64,000 nucleotides of DNA. Source: a virus. Taxonomy: Duplodnaviria; Caudoviricetes. The stretch spans positions 16,149 to 80,148 of IMG/VR virus record IMGVR_UViG_2636415849_000003; one strand, given 5' to 3'. Positions 47,032 through 56,882 of the stretch are shown piece by piece; the first letter of the stretch is position 1; each line of letters opens with the position of its first letter. The notes under the pieces were generated by a model. The model was not told the origin of the DNA and made no database searches. It worked only from the letters and a program-made list of their open reading frames with translations. A program made the position numbers and the translations under genes.

Positions 47032-49079
47032 CCCAGGCGCAGGCGCGACACAGCCGCGCGACGCTGTTGATAGATAGGGGCATCGACTTCCTGCACTCGC
47101 TCAGCAACCAATGGCTGCGCTGCGACAGAGGTTTCCTCCATCACCTTCGGGACACTAAAGAGGTCTTCTGCAGGCTGCACCAGTTGCTCCAACTGCAACC
47201 ACTTGGATTCACTCCACTTGTGGATACCCTGGCACATGGCGGCATGCAGCGCATAGTTGCGAATATCGAGCTCCTCATTGCGAGGGCGACGCTTGACCCA
47301 TTTGTAGGCATCCTGGCCCTTGATCTTGGTCAGCACTCGCTGCTCTGCCGTGAGCTGCTCATAGAACTCACGCGGGAGATCTGTGCTGAAGTGCACATAG
47401 CCCGGCCCCGGCTCTGCAATAGCCAATTGCCCCAGCAGCAGATCCTTCGCCTGGTCGACGCCCACCAGGTGGAGCTTGATGCCGCGCTGCACCTTCATGC
47501 CACGATGATTCACTTCCTGCAGACTGCTAGGCCCCACGATGGGTTTGTTGTCGTCACCCTTGATGGCGCGCAGGTTCGGGATGCGCCCCTGGTTGTTGCG
47601 CACCCAGTTGTAGACGGCATGCGTTTGGTCTGAAGAGTCAATGCTGGTTGCGCTGATGCCCAGGCTGGGCCCGTGGCCTGCTTGCTGGAACCGCTGCAAC
47701 AGGAAGGCGGTGACCGGCTCCCAGTCCTCATCCACAGCCGGATTGCCGTCGATGCTGATCCGCGCGACTGGCCAACTCTCCATGCCGCGCCCCCAGGCCC
47801 AGATCGTGATCTGCCACCAGGTGCGCTGCACATCGACGCCAGCTGTGAGGTACAAAGCACCCTTGCATACCATGCCCAAGGGGTATGGCTCGGCACGCGC
47901 CTGCAAGGCGTGCTCGTCCGTTCGGTCGCCCTTGAGCTCCCAGGTCTCGCCCAAGGTTTCGTTGACGAACAGCTTCATGGGCTCCACGTCGCCGGCTTCG
48001 AGCTTCTTCAGTGCATTCTCGAATTCCTGCACGATGTCGGACCAGGCCCGTTGTGGGCTGTATCCCGTCCAGACATGCAGGCCCAGGGTCTTGGGCGGAA
48101 GGCAGGGGCGCAGATCCTTGTCGCGCCAGATACGGTCACGGCCGTAACGCTTGCCCGTGCGCTCGCACACCCAGGCACCATCCATAGGCACGCCACCGGC
48201 CAGATAGTCGGCTTGGGTGATGCTTTCCCGACAATGGGGGCACACATGGCGAACGCTGGCGGGGTTGCCCCGCTCCCACTGGAAGCCGTAACGCTTGTCC
48301 TTGCCACCCCACATCAACGGATGCTCAGCATCGCAATGCGGGCACTCGATGTGAAAGCGCACCAGGCCCTCAGCCTCTTCCACAGCATCCTCGATGTGGC
48401 ACATGCCCTTGAGCAGCGGCGTGGAGCCGCAGACGAGCTTGGGATAGGCAGCCCCCTCCAGACGGCCACGCGCCAGGCCACGGGGAGGGCCGGCCTTCTC
48501 GATGCTTCGATCAAACTTGGAGATCTCATCCAGGATGACCACCGCCACGGTAATGCGTCGGTACGCCCGCGCCGCCTTGCCGCCCAGCAAATGCAGCACG
48601 CTGTCCCGAAACGGCTTGAACTTGATGGTCTCTTCGGAGGTGCCCTTGCCCCGCTTGCGCGCCTTGTTGATCGAAGTGACGCCGGTCAACGGGTCCAGCA
48701 GTGGATCGATTTCCGTCTTGACGTAGTTGTCCCGGTCGTCATCAGTGGGCTGCCACAGCGCCTGCTTGCGGCGCCTGTGGGCGATGTTGTAGCAGACGAA
48801 GGCTGTGATCATCTTCGTATACCCGACACGTTTGGCCTTGACCACATCGAGCTCAACAATGCGGTCATCGCTCATGAAATCCAGAATGCCCACCTGAAAG
48901 GCCCAGGCCTCCCAAGCGCCCTTTTGGTGACTGCTCTCGCCGGCGAGCTTGAACTCGGCTTGCGCCCAATCCCCCAGGCGCTGCGGCGGCTCAGCGCGCA
49001 TGCTCTCCATGCCCAGGCGCACTGCAGCCTCAATGGCTTCGGCGGTTTCTGCGTGCAGCAGCTTTCCCATCGTGGTCAA
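47028..49079 (-). CDS. Terminase large subunit, lambda GpA family
   Basis: KAKRVGYTK, ILDEI, STP, LTAGVDVQ, RNEELD. Confidence 0.95.
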   Translation of the reverse strand: MTTMGKLLHAETAEAIEAAVRLGMESMRAEPPQRLGDWAQAEFKLAGESSHQKGAWEAWAFQVGILDFMSDDRIVELDVVKAKRVGYTKMITAFVCYNIAHRRRKQALWQPTDDDRDNYVKTEIDPLLDPLTGVTSINKARKRGKGTSEETIKFKPFRDSVLHLLGGKAARAYRRITVAVVILDEISKFDRSIEKAGPPRGLARGRLEGAAYPKLVCGSTPLLKGMCHIEDAVEEAEGLVRFHIECPHCDAEHPLMWGGKDKRYGFQWERGNPASVRHVCPHCRESITQADYLAGGVPMDGAWVCERTGKRYGRDRIWRDKDLRPCLPPKTLGLHVWTGYSPQRAWSDIVQEFENALKKLEAGDVEPMKLFVNETLGETWELKGDRTDEHALQARAEPYPLGMVCKGALYLTAGVDVQRTWWQITIWAWGRGMESWPVARISIDGNPAVDEDWEPVTAFLLQRFQQAGHGPSLGISATSIDSSDQTHAVYNWVRNNQGRIPNLRAIKGDDNKPIVGPSSLQEVNHRGMKVQRGIKLHLVGVDQAKDLLLGQLAIAEPGPGYVHFSTDLPREFYEQLTAEQRVLTKIKGQDAYKWVKRRPRNEELDIRNYALHAAMCQGIHKWSESKWLQLEQLVQPAEDLFSVPKVMEETSVAAQPLVAERVQEVDAPIYQQRRAAVSRLRLG

Positions 49080-49630
49080 TCTCCGTCCCCCTCTTCGCTG
49101 ATATCAGAATCCGGCGCTTGCCCTTCTTCTGCAAGCATCGCGTCCAGGCTTTCGGTCACCAGACTGGTGGTGCCACGGATCCATTCGTTGCGTGCGCCTG
49201 CGATCACCTTCAGCACAGCCGTCTTGGCCTCCTCGGGGAGATCCGGACAGGCCTTCGCAAGCATCGGCTCCAGCTGGTCGAAGCGGTCGACAACCGCGCT
49301 GGACACCATGCCGAGCACATCGGCCAGCAGGCCGACCGGCGCGTATTCCTTGCGAGCAACCGCGTTCTTGATGGACTGGCCTTCGCGCTGCTCACGGGCC
49401 AGGGCGGCGCGCTCCTGCGTCAGGTCCAGGCCGCCCAGCTCGGAACCCAGCCGGCCTGCGGCCTGGTCACGCAGCCGTTCGCAATAGGCGAGCAGCCATT
49501 CGTGACCGGTGTCTCCACGGGTCATTACGCTTTCAGACATCAGCTGGCTCACGCGCGCCTCGCTGATGCCGACCATTTCCGCGAAATCTGCTTGCGAAAT
49601 AGGAGCATCAAGTCCAATGACTGCCTTCAC
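49076..49630 (-). CDS. Terminase small subunit (Nu1-like)
   Basis: SQADFAEMVGISEARVSQL HTH; LDLTQERAALA. Confidence 0.8.
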   Translation of the reverse strand: MKAVIGLDAPISQADFAEMVGISEARVSQLMSESVMTRGDTGHEWLLAYCERLRDQAAGRLGSELGGLDLTQERAALAREQREGQSIKNAVARKEYAPVGLLADVLGMVSSAVVDRFDQLEPMLAKACPDLPEEAKTAVLKVIAGARNEWIRGTTSLVTESLDAMLAEEGQAPDSDISEEGDGD

Positions 49631-49760
49631 TTAACCCCCCTAGCAACACTGCGAAACACTGGAAAGGCGCGGCTCGAATTACCCGCTCCTGAGGGACCCC
49701 AGGAGGACCCACGACCTGCCTCTTTTTTGAGCAATGCCTCTTTTTTGAGCACAACCGCCC

Positions 49761-50594
49761 TCATGCCGCCAGCCCTCCGATGTCGCGGCGACCGCTGTCC
49801 CAGGAGAACTTGAGGACGGCGCCGCCATCCTCGCGGAGGCGATCCACCACGCGCTCGCCCAGGTACTTGCTGCTCAGGTCCTCGACCGAGTGGTTGGTCA
49901 GCAGCAGCGAAGGCTTGCGCTGCTCGTAGCGATCATTGAGAACGTCGAACATCACATTGCGCTCAAACTCCGTACCCTGCTGCACACCGACCTCATCCAC
50001 GATGAGCAGATCCGGGAATACCATCTGCGCCACCACATCGCTCTCGGTCACGCCCGAGTTGCGGGCCCAGCTGTCCTTGACCATGCGCACCATGCGCCCA
50101 GCGGAGGCAAACAGAACGCTGGCCTTGTGCTCGCGCATCACCTGCAGACCAATGCCAACGGCCAGGTGCGTCTTGCCCGTGCCGAAGTTGCCCATGAAGA
50201 TCGCGCTGCGCCCTGTCTTGCGAACCCTGGCAAAGTCATCGGCGTAAGCCTGGGCGAAGTCCAACGCCATCTGCTGCCCCTCGCAGCTCACCACATACGA
50301 ATCCAGCGTGCGATCACGAAAGCGCTCAGGGATGCCGGCGCGGCCCATCCTGGCCTCCCACTCCTGCACCCGCACCGCGCGGCGCTGCTGCTCATCACGC
50401 TGCCTCTCAGCCTCACGCTCCGCCGCCGCGCATGCTGGGCAACCCAGCCAGATGTCGCCCAGATGGCACAGCGACTGGAAGGGGCCGTGCCTCTCGCATT
50501 CAGCCTGCTTCACCAGTGGAGGACGATGCACACCCGACTGGATGGCAGAAGACAGCGAGCGGATACCGGGTTGGCGATTCATTTCATTCATCAC
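49761..50594 (-). CDS. DnaC/IstB-like ATPase
   Basis: GNFGTGKTHLA, DLLIVDEVG, LGERVVDRL. Confidence 0.92.
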   Translation of the reverse strand: MMNEMNRQPGIRSLSSAIQSGVHRPPLVKQAECERHGPFQSLCHLGDIWLGCPACAAAEREAERQRDEQQRRAVRVQEWEARMGRAGIPERFRDRTLDSYVVSCEGQQMALDFAQAYADDFARVRKTGRSAIFMGNFGTGKTHLAVGIGLQVMREHKASVLFASAGRMVRMVKDSWARNSGVTESDVVAQMVFPDLLIVDEVGVQQGTEFERNVMFDVLNDRYEQRKPSLLLTNHSVEDLSSKYLGERVVDRLREDGGAVLKFSWDSGRRDIGGLAA

Positions 50595-51406
50595 AGCGCA
50601 TGCACTCCTATGCCTTGGTGGAGGGTTTTGATGGGCGGCTCACTACGGCCAGGACGGGGCTTGATCGGGGCCGAGGCAGTCGCCAGCACCCGGTCAACGT
50701 AGGACGGCAGGTAAGCAATCGGCTCGCGGGCTTCGGCTCGAGCACGGGCCACAGCCACCCGCATCTGCCCCACCGTCACACGGCTGGTGCACCAGCTGTT
50801 GGCCAGCGGCCAGAACTTCTTGCGGTCATGGATGCTGGTGTGGTCGACCTGCACGCCAAACTCCTCAAACACCGCTGCCCATTCGGCTTCTCGTGCCGGC
50901 ACCACGGCATCCGTGCGCGCCTTTTCTTCATCATCGATATGGTTCTGGTTCTGGTTCTGGTTGGTGGTACGGGCGTTCAACGTCCGTTCAACGTCCGTTG
51001 CACCGGGTTCACCATCACCACCATGGCCAGGTTGACCACCAGCAGCACCACCGGCCAAGGGAGGCGCAGGCTTCTTACCGCCCTTGCGTTTAGCCGCAGA
51101 CGCTTTACCGGCAAGCGATTGCTGCTCCTGTTTTTTCAGGTACGCGGCCAACTCGATATCACAGCGCTCGTTATGCCAGCCGTCATCCTGCAGCGTGAAG
51201 AACTCCTCCAGCAGCCCTTGCAGCACAGTACGCAGCTCGTCGGTCGTAGCCAACACGCGGCGCGCCAGCTTGTCAAAGTCCGGGTTCAACGGCTGCTCGG
51301 TGTCGTAATACAAATCCAGCAGTTCCCGGTACAACGCCCGTTCAACGAACGTTAAATGCCGGGTCGCATTGTTGAAGTCACCAATATGGTGGGGGTAGTG
51401 ATTCAT
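50591..51406 (-). CDS. Replication initiator (YdaU/DUF1376)
   Basis: MNHYPHHIGDF..YRELLDLYY..WHNERCDIEL. Confidence 0.88.
   Translation of the reverse strand: MNHYPHHIGDFNNATRHLTFVERALYRELLDLYYDTEQPLNPDFDKLARRVLATTDELRTVLQGLLEEFFTLQDDGWHNERCDIELAAYLKKQEQQSLAGKASAAKRKGGKKPAPPLAGGAAGGQPGHGGDGEPGATDVERTLNARTTNQNQNQNHIDDEEKARTDAVVPAREAEWAAVFEEFGVQVDHTSIHDRKKFWPLANSWCTSRVTVGQMRVAVARARAEAREPIAYLPSYVDRVLATASAPIKPRPGRSEPPIKTLHQGIGVHAL
50939..51010. repeat. Putative replication origin of prophage 2
   Basis: Tandem CGTTCAACGTC repeats next to (TGGTTC)n inside the initiator. Confidence 0.6.
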
Positions 51407-51426
51407 TGCCCTAGGCCTTACTGATA

Positions 51427-51768
51427 TCAGGCAATGGATTGCTGCTGCGCCTTGCACTTCACAGGCACCACGTCACGCTGGCGGGGCGACACGCTGCAGC
51501 GGCGGGCCGTGCCCAGCTCAAAACGGCCTGCCGCCAGCAAGGCATTCACCGTGCTGGCCACGCTGCACAGCTCCAGCCACTCGCCGGTGTGCTCGTTGTG
51601 ATAGTCCCGCAGCTCGCGGCGGCTCATGTCGCGCACGCCGTGCTGGTGGGCATGGCGCAGCGAGTCATACAGACGCTCGCTCAAGCGACGGCGCGTCTCA
51701 TTGCCCAAGGCGGCAAAGGCTTCGGCGCTGGTATCGCGCCCGGTCATGTTGGTGCTGTGCTGTTGCAT
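51427..51768 (-). CDS. Hypothetical (wHTH-like) protein
   Basis: AGGAGAGG RBS; DTSAEAF motif. Confidence 0.7.
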   Translation of the reverse strand: MQQHSTNMTGRDTSAEAFAALGNETRRRLSERLYDSLRHAHQHGVRDMSRRELRDYHNEHTGEWLELCSVASTVNALLAAGRFELGTARRCSVSPRQRDVVPVKCKAQQQSIA

Positions 51769-51799
51769 AGTCCTCTCCTGCTATTGAAATGAGGGCAGC

Positions 51800-52681
51800 T
51801 CAGCGCAGCCCTGCTGCCTCCAGGGCCTCATACGTCCGATATCGAATCCGGCGGTCCAGCAGCTCCTGCACATTCAGGGACTGCACCAACCGCTGCATGC
51901 TCAACCGGGGCTTGTAGTTGCCACGACGAACGAAAAGCATCACTGGGCGCACATCGACGCCAGTGCGGCCCACCACGGCCCAGATGCCCGGGGCCAGGTG
52001 GCCCGTGCGCTGGTCCAACTCACCCTTGGCCGTCATGCGTGGTGCGCCACGGTGCTTGCCATAGCTCACGAAATAACGCCGGCCCAGGTATGGCCCGCCC
52101 GTCTTCAGCTTTGCACCGCCGCGCTTGTGGATCACGGCCTTGCGCCGGTCGGTCATGTTGGCGCGGTAGCCCGCATCGCCAAACGCCTGCAGATACGACA
52201 GCACCTGCACCACAAACCCGGCCTTCAGATTGCCGTGGCCGTCCTCACTGCCGGGGAATGGGTTCGCGGGTATCACCACCTGAAACCCGGCAGGCAACAC
52301 GCCAATGCGGCGCAAGCGCACCTCGCTACGCTTGTCAGCGCGGCGCCCGCCAAACTCCTGGGCCTGCAGCACATGCTGCGGGTCCACGCCCGTCTTGCCG
52401 CCAATCGTGGGCAAGCGGTCTGCACGCCCCGCCGTGGGCGCCACCACCGCCATCAGCTTGTCGCGCGTGGCCTTGGCTACCTTGGGGCTGTTGGCAATAA
52501 AGTTGGTGGGCCGGTCAAACACCGTGCGCAGCTCCTGGCGCATGGCAGCCTGGGCAGTAAATGCCACGTCGTTCAGCGCCTTGGCTGTCGCGGTGCGAAC
52601 ACCGCCTGCAGACAGCTGCCGCAAGCCGCCCTGCACCTGGCGCAGCCCATCCACCTTGATCTTCAAGCTCATATCAGCCAT
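51800..52681 (-). CDS. Hypothetical basic protein, neck/tail-completion-like
   Basis: TAKALNDVA..VFDRPT..LQAQEFGGRR. Confidence 0.65.
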   Translation of the reverse strand: MADMSLKIKVDGLRQVQGGLRQLSAGGVRTATAKALNDVAFTAQAAMRQELRTVFDRPTNFIANSPKVAKATRDKLMAVVAPTAGRADRLPTIGGKTGVDPQHVLQAQEFGGRRADKRSEVRLRRIGVLPAGFQVVIPANPFPGSEDGHGNLKAGFVVQVLSYLQAFGDAGYRANMTDRRKAVIHKRGGAKLKTGGPYLGRRYFVSYGKHRGAPRMTAKGELDQRTGHLAPGIWAVVGRTGVDVRPVMLFVRRGNYKPRLSMQRLVQSLNVQELLDRRIRYRTYEALEAAGLR

Positions 52682-53252
52682 GGCGCGCACCCCCATCGAT
52701 CACAGGGGCCGCACGGCGCAGCGCACGCATGCTGGCCTGGCAGTCGGCAATCGCCTCCTGCAGCCCAATAGCGTGAAAGCTCGCGCGGTTCTCCTCGGCC
52801 TGGCTCACCGCCTCCAAAGGCCCGGCACCCTCGGCCGCAGCACGGTGAATGGGCTCGGCCATAGCCTGCAGATACTGGGCAAAGGCCATGGCCAGGGCGG
52901 TCAGGGCTTCAGAAGGCGGCAACACATCCAGGCGGCGCACCAGCGGCTGGCACACCTGTCCCAAAAAGCCGGCCTCAGCCTCCAGCAGCACCGTGCTGCC
53001 CGTGACCCGCTGCATCAGCAGGGCCTCGCGTAGCGTCAGGTGGTGGGTGAAGTTGGTCGGGTTCAGCTTGTGCGTCAGCGTGCCCTTGGCCATCTGCAAG
53101 GCTTCAGCCACTGCGGCCACTCCGCCAGGGAAGCCATGCACCATCTGGTGCGCCACCAGCAGCACATCGTCCACAGAGCGCTTGTCGGCCTGCACCTCAT
53201 CGGCGACATAGACCCCGTAGCCCGAGATGGAGACACTCAATCCCATGTCCAT
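52674..53252 (-). CDS. CII-like regulatory protein
   Basis: FPGGVAAVA..GTLTHKLNP..HHLTLREA. Confidence 0.78.
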   Translation of the reverse strand: MDMGLSVSISGYGVYVADEVQADKRSVDDVLLVAHQMVHGFPGGVAAVAEALQMAKGTLTHKLNPTNFTHHLTLREALLMQRVTGSTVLLEAEAGFLGQVCQPLVRRLDVLPPSEALTALAMAFAQYLQAMAEPIHRAAAEGAGPLEAVSQAEENRASFHAIGLQEAIADCQASMRALRRAAPVIDGGARHG

Positions 53253-53481
53253 ACCTCACACCCCCTCACAAACAGAACAGGCCTCGCTGCAGGCCCAGGT
53301 GGATGCCATCACCCTGCTGTTGCAGCAGATGGTGCTGGTGCTCGAATGCGAGCCGCGATTCACTGCAGACAGGCTGTCGCGCTGGGTAGACACCTGCACC
53401 AGGCGCACACAGGCCACCAGCAGCGCAAACCCGGCCACCCTGCAGGCCCTGGCGGCACTGTGCAGCCAGGTGCTGGCATAA
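53227..53481 (+). CDS. Hypothetical protein, paralogue 1
   Basis: Aligns with 53575-53886. Confidence 0.65.
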   Translation: METLNPMSIPHTPSQTEQASLQAQVDAITLLLQQMVLVLECEPRFTADRLSRWVDTCTRRTQATSSANPATLQALAALCSQVLA

Positions 53482-53574
53482 GCCATGACGAACAAACCAG
53501 CCCACGCCGCACCCTTGGCTACCATGACGGCAACCGCACCGATATCAGAGACACCCAAGAGAAAGAGCAGCGCC

Positions 53575-53886
53575 ATGCAAGACACCAAACCCGCCACGAC
53601 CGAAGAACGCATGGACGCCGTCGAGACCATGCTGGGCCACTTGATATTTCTGCTGGAGGCTGAGCCGAACTTCACTGCTGAGGCCCTTGCGCGGTGGATT
53701 GCGAAGTGCCGCCAGGCTGAGCGCGACAAGGGCATTGCAGACCCTCGCCAGCAGCTGGTGTTTGCGCGGCTGTGCCAAAAGCTCGGTCTTGATGGGGCAG
53801 ACGCGCCCCAGGAAACAGATCCAGCAGCGCAGCAAGCCGCGCAGACTGGGTCGGGGACAGCTCAACACAAGCCTGCTGCAAGCTGA
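53575..53886 (+). CDS. Hypothetical protein, paralogue 2
   Basis: Aligns with 53227-53481. Confidence 0.65.
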   Translation: MQDTKPATTEERMDAVETMLGHLIFLLEAEPNFTAEALARWIAKCRQAERDKGIADPRQQLVFARLCQKLGLDGADAPQETDPAAQQAAQTGSGTAQHKPAAS

Positions 53887-54064
53887 GCAACCATGTCAGC
53901 TCTGCATCCAGCATCAGGATGGCTGTGTAAACGCAGCGAACGGGAAGGCCGAACTGTGCGGCAACGCCGTACGCGTTGCGACCATTCCAGGCCCGTTTGA
54001 TATCAGCTGCAACTGAGTCAATCACAGCAAGCTTGCGACGGCGTCGTGTTGGGTAATCAGCCAT
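53672..54064 (-). CDS. Second Mor-like HTH protein
   Basis: AGGAG RBS; WNGRNAYGVAAQFGLPVRCVYTAI resembles the 46678 ORF; 3' half overlaps a + strand ORF. Confidence 0.5.
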   Translation of the reverse strand: MADYPTRRRRKLAVIDSVAADIKRAWNGRNAYGVAAQFGLPVRCVYTAILMLDAELTWLLSLQQACVELSPTQSARLAALLDLFPGARLPHQDRAFGTAAQTPAAGEGLQCPCRAQPGGTSQSTAQGPQQ

Positions 54065-54263
54065 GCGCCGACTCCTGAGGAAGTTGTGCATCAGCAGCTT
54101 TTTCATCAGCGATACGGGACAAAACACCACGCACACGATCAGCGGTTGCCTGCGGCAATTCCTCTGGCCACAGATAGACAGCCTGAATTGATCGGTAGCC
54201 CATGGCTGCAGCCGCCTTCTTTGGCGTGCCACCCAACAACTCAATCGCGTGCGTTTTCTTCAT
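54057..54263 (-). CDS. Cro-like protein
   Basis: MKKTHAIELLGG..AAAAMG..QAVYLWPEELP. Confidence 0.82.
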   Translation of the reverse strand: MKKTHAIELLGGTPKKAAAAMGYRSIQAVYLWPEELPQATADRVRGVLSRIADEKAADAQLPQESAHG

Positions 54264-54271
54264 TTCTTCAT

Positions 54272-54311
54272 TGTAAACATGTTTACAGAAAAAGAAGAAA
54301 ACAGATTTACA
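54272..54311. promoter_or_regulatory. OR operators of prophage 2
   Basis: Perfect palindrome TGTAAACATGTTTACA 54272; AGAAAACAGATTTACA 54296. Confidence 0.75.
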
Positions 54312-54333
54312 CAACAGGACGTATTGTTAAAAC

Positions 54334-54738
54334 ATGCTCTACGGTGAAAGACTCCAACTTGCGATGGACAAGCGCGGCGAGGCGATTGGCCGCGTGATCG
54401 AACGCAAGGATGTGGCCAATGTCGCAAAAAGGTCTGTTCAGAACATAGGCATGATCATCACCAATGCCAAGGGTCGCGACCAAAAGCTTTCAACTGAAGC
54501 GCATGAAGCTGTGGCCGCCTTCCTCAAGGTCAATTCACGGTGGCTACTGACAGGCGAAGGGCCAATGGAGGTAAGCGTACAAGTCAACGCTCCTACTGAG
54601 CTCACACCAGCAGCGGTTGAACTGGCCGTGCTGTTTGACATGATTCCCCAAGCTGACAAACTCAGCCGCGCAAAAGCATTCAATGCAGCCAGCACAGCAG
54701 TCATGCAAGTGCTTCAAGACGCTGCCGCCAAGAAATAA
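54334..54738 (+). CDS. Short CI-like repressor with no S24 peptidase domain
   Basis: YGERLQLAM..VAAFLKVNSRWLLTGEG; divergent from cro; 134 aa. Confidence 0.82.
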   Translation: MLYGERLQLAMDKRGEAIGRVIERKDVANVAKRSVQNIGMIITNAKGRDQKLSTEAHEAVAAFLKVNSRWLLTGEGPMEVSVQVNAPTELTPAAVELAVLFDMIPQADKLSRAKAFNAASTAVMQVLQDAAAKK

Positions 54739-54959
54739 GCAGGTCTTCATCTGGGAAGACCAAGACGCGCACACCCTCCTTTGTGCACGCCTCAACTGAT
54801 AAAACCACATCTGCATCACACTCGTCGCACCCGCGAATGCGCACCAGTACGCCTTCATGGCTTTGGCGTTTTGGCACTGTGTTTTTATACATGCTTTCAT
54901 CTTAAGCGCTACAACTCTTGGTGAGCAAGCACTTCAATTTTCATCACATTTGATTTATT

Positions 54960-55040
54960 TGTAGATGAATTTACAAAAAAATTCGCCTTCTTTTGTAAAT
55001 CTGTTTACACTGCCATCAGCGCAAAGCAAACTTGTTTACC
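54960..55040. promoter_or_regulatory. OL operators of prophage 2
   Basis: TGTAGATGAATTTACA 54960, TGTAAATCTGTTTACA 54994, AGCAAACTTGTTTACC 55025. Confidence 0.72.
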
Positions 55041-55347
55041 GACAAACACTTTGTGCAGGGCACCTTGGCATCGACCAGGCACAGCCCGGTCTTTAAAAGT
55101 CAATTGCCCACGTTGTTCACTCCACCAGTGCGGAGTGTCCCCGGGCCAATAGCACCAGCGGGCATGGCCGCTGCTCTGCGCGGCACCCCTGCCGTAACCA
55201 GCCGTCAAAGAACGTAAACGGTAAAAAGGGTGAGGCGAAGGCGGCCAAGAGCAAGAACGGTCATGCCGGTTGGAATCCCGGCAACGGTCACCCGTGCGCT
55301 ACCGGGTAAACCAAAGCGACCTGTTGCAGAGTGCTTTTCTTTGTTAA

Positions 55348-56295
55348 CTAGTCTTTAAATACAGCCTCTGCCATGCTTGACCCCAACCCCTTTGCCTCCA
55401 GCAAAGTCCGAGCGACCTTCATGCATGCCACTCGCTCGGAATCGGTGAGCATCCTTGCCTGAGCAAGCAATGTCATACCCCCGTTGTAGCCATCGCGTGT
55501 AGCTTGAATGATGGATTTAAAGCCATCTTCATCTAGCTGTGCATAACCTACCGATAGCAGTGCATCGTTAACCTGCGGACGCATTGTGGCTTTGAACTGA
55601 CCAAGTTCTTGGCGCAAAAATCCAACCAAGCAAAGAACCATCAGATGCTGATCAGCCCACTGCACGTACCACGGTATTGCGTCATCTCTGTGTGCTAGAA
55701 CAAGATTCCACAAAGCGACACGATCAAGAAGTTCGCCGCTATGCAAATCAATTGCAGATGCGATATCCGCAAAAGTGAAAGCCTCCTCCACCTCACCAGG
55801 CCACACCACCCCAGACATCGCCCGCCGATCAGTAGCCCATGCCCTAGGTGTGAAATCGACCACGCGCATGGGCGTACCACGGCGGTTAACCGTCAGCCTA
55901 AATCGTGCAGCAGATGGGGCCGCTTGCCATTGCGTTTGTTTAGGCGCATCCGGCACCTCATCGCGAAATGACTGCATCGGTTCTGGCAACCCACACCATT
56001 CCCACAAACCTCGCACCTTGATGTCACGACCTGCTCTGATGTCATGAACACCGAGCATCTGCGAGAACTTAAACAATCGAAGTTCGCCAATCAGGTAGTC
56101 CCAGGCCCGTACACCCTCCTCGGTGGCATACATTCGAATCGGAAAAATGTCCCGCCTCGTGTCCGCACCGAAGTCTTCGCGATAGTGAATTTTGAAAAGT
56201 GGAAAAGACCCAGTCGGCGGCTCTCTCTTCATCGAAGCCACCTCAACCACAGGCTCACTTTTATTGCTCTTTCTGAACCAATCAAAGAACCCCAT
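55348..56295 (-). CDS. Moron protein with WYL-like repeat(s) and helical C-terminus
   Basis: IHYREDFGADTRRDIFP..RAWDYL..LRLFKFSQM; lower GC. Confidence 0.6.
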   Translation of the reverse strand: MGFFDWFRKSNKSEPVVEVASMKREPPTGSFPLFKIHYREDFGADTRRDIFPIRMYATEEGVRAWDYLIGELRLFKFSQMLGVHDIRAGRDIKVRGLWEWCGLPEPMQSFRDEVPDAPKQTQWQAAPSAARFRLTVNRRGTPMRVVDFTPRAWATDRRAMSGVVWPGEVEEAFTFADIASAIDLHSGELLDRVALWNLVLAHRDDAIPWYVQWADQHLMVLCLVGFLRQELGQFKATMRPQVNDALLSVGYAQLDEDGFKSIIQATRDGYNGGMTLLAQARMLTDSERVACMKVARTLLEAKGLGSSMAEAVFKD

Positions 56296-56388
56296 GCCCC
56301 CTCCGTTGACTGGAAATAAAACCGCACCTCCAAGAACAAATAGTCGAATCAAAGCAACTTTGAGCGAGGTGCAGTGGTTAGTACGGCT

Positions 56389-56727
56389 TTAGTTCAACCC
56401 ATCTTTCGCACACAGGGATTCAGCTGCCTCACCGATTGAAAGCACCAGATACTGCAGTGGCTCACCCTGATTTTTGATGGCGAATCCAATGAAGCGCTCA
56501 AAGCCGGAGTAAGCACCGTATCCATTTTTTGCATTGACCTGGCCACACATCTTCCACAAACCAACCTCAGAAGGCTTGTATCGGATGTTCTTGAATTTGG
56601 CGCTGTCTGCGTCTTTCAATGAATCCTCGAGAGCTGCGCGAAGCAGCCTCTCATTTAGTTTCGGTGCTGGCTGTGCAGCAACAGCCCCACACGCTAACAA
56701 CATCAAGATTGAAATGAAAGTCTTCAT
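56389..56727 (-). CDS. Small exported moron protein
   Basis: Signal peptide; LKDADSAKF..CGQVNAKNGYGAYSG. Confidence 0.78.
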   Translation of the reverse strand: MKTFISILMLLACGAVAAQPAPKLNERLLRAALEDSLKDADSAKFKNIRYKPSEVGLWKMCGQVNAKNGYGAYSGFERFIGFAIKNQGEPLQYLVLSIGEAAESLCAKDGLN

Positions 56728-56882
56728 AGTTACCCTCTTATAGATGTAACAGCATGATGCCATGACGATATAAATCGTCAGAAATTCGAAGTCTTGCGAA
56801 GTAAATTCATTAAGCCCGCGCCCTGCGGGCTTTTTTATGGCGAATCTGGAGCGCCTTTTCTCCAGTCAACAAGGAAACCTCA

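Noticed and set aside
55262-55292. tRNA T-arm-like GCCGGTTGGAATCCCGGC
   Set aside because: No TTCGA loop, cloverleaf or CCA end; at most a leader hairpin.
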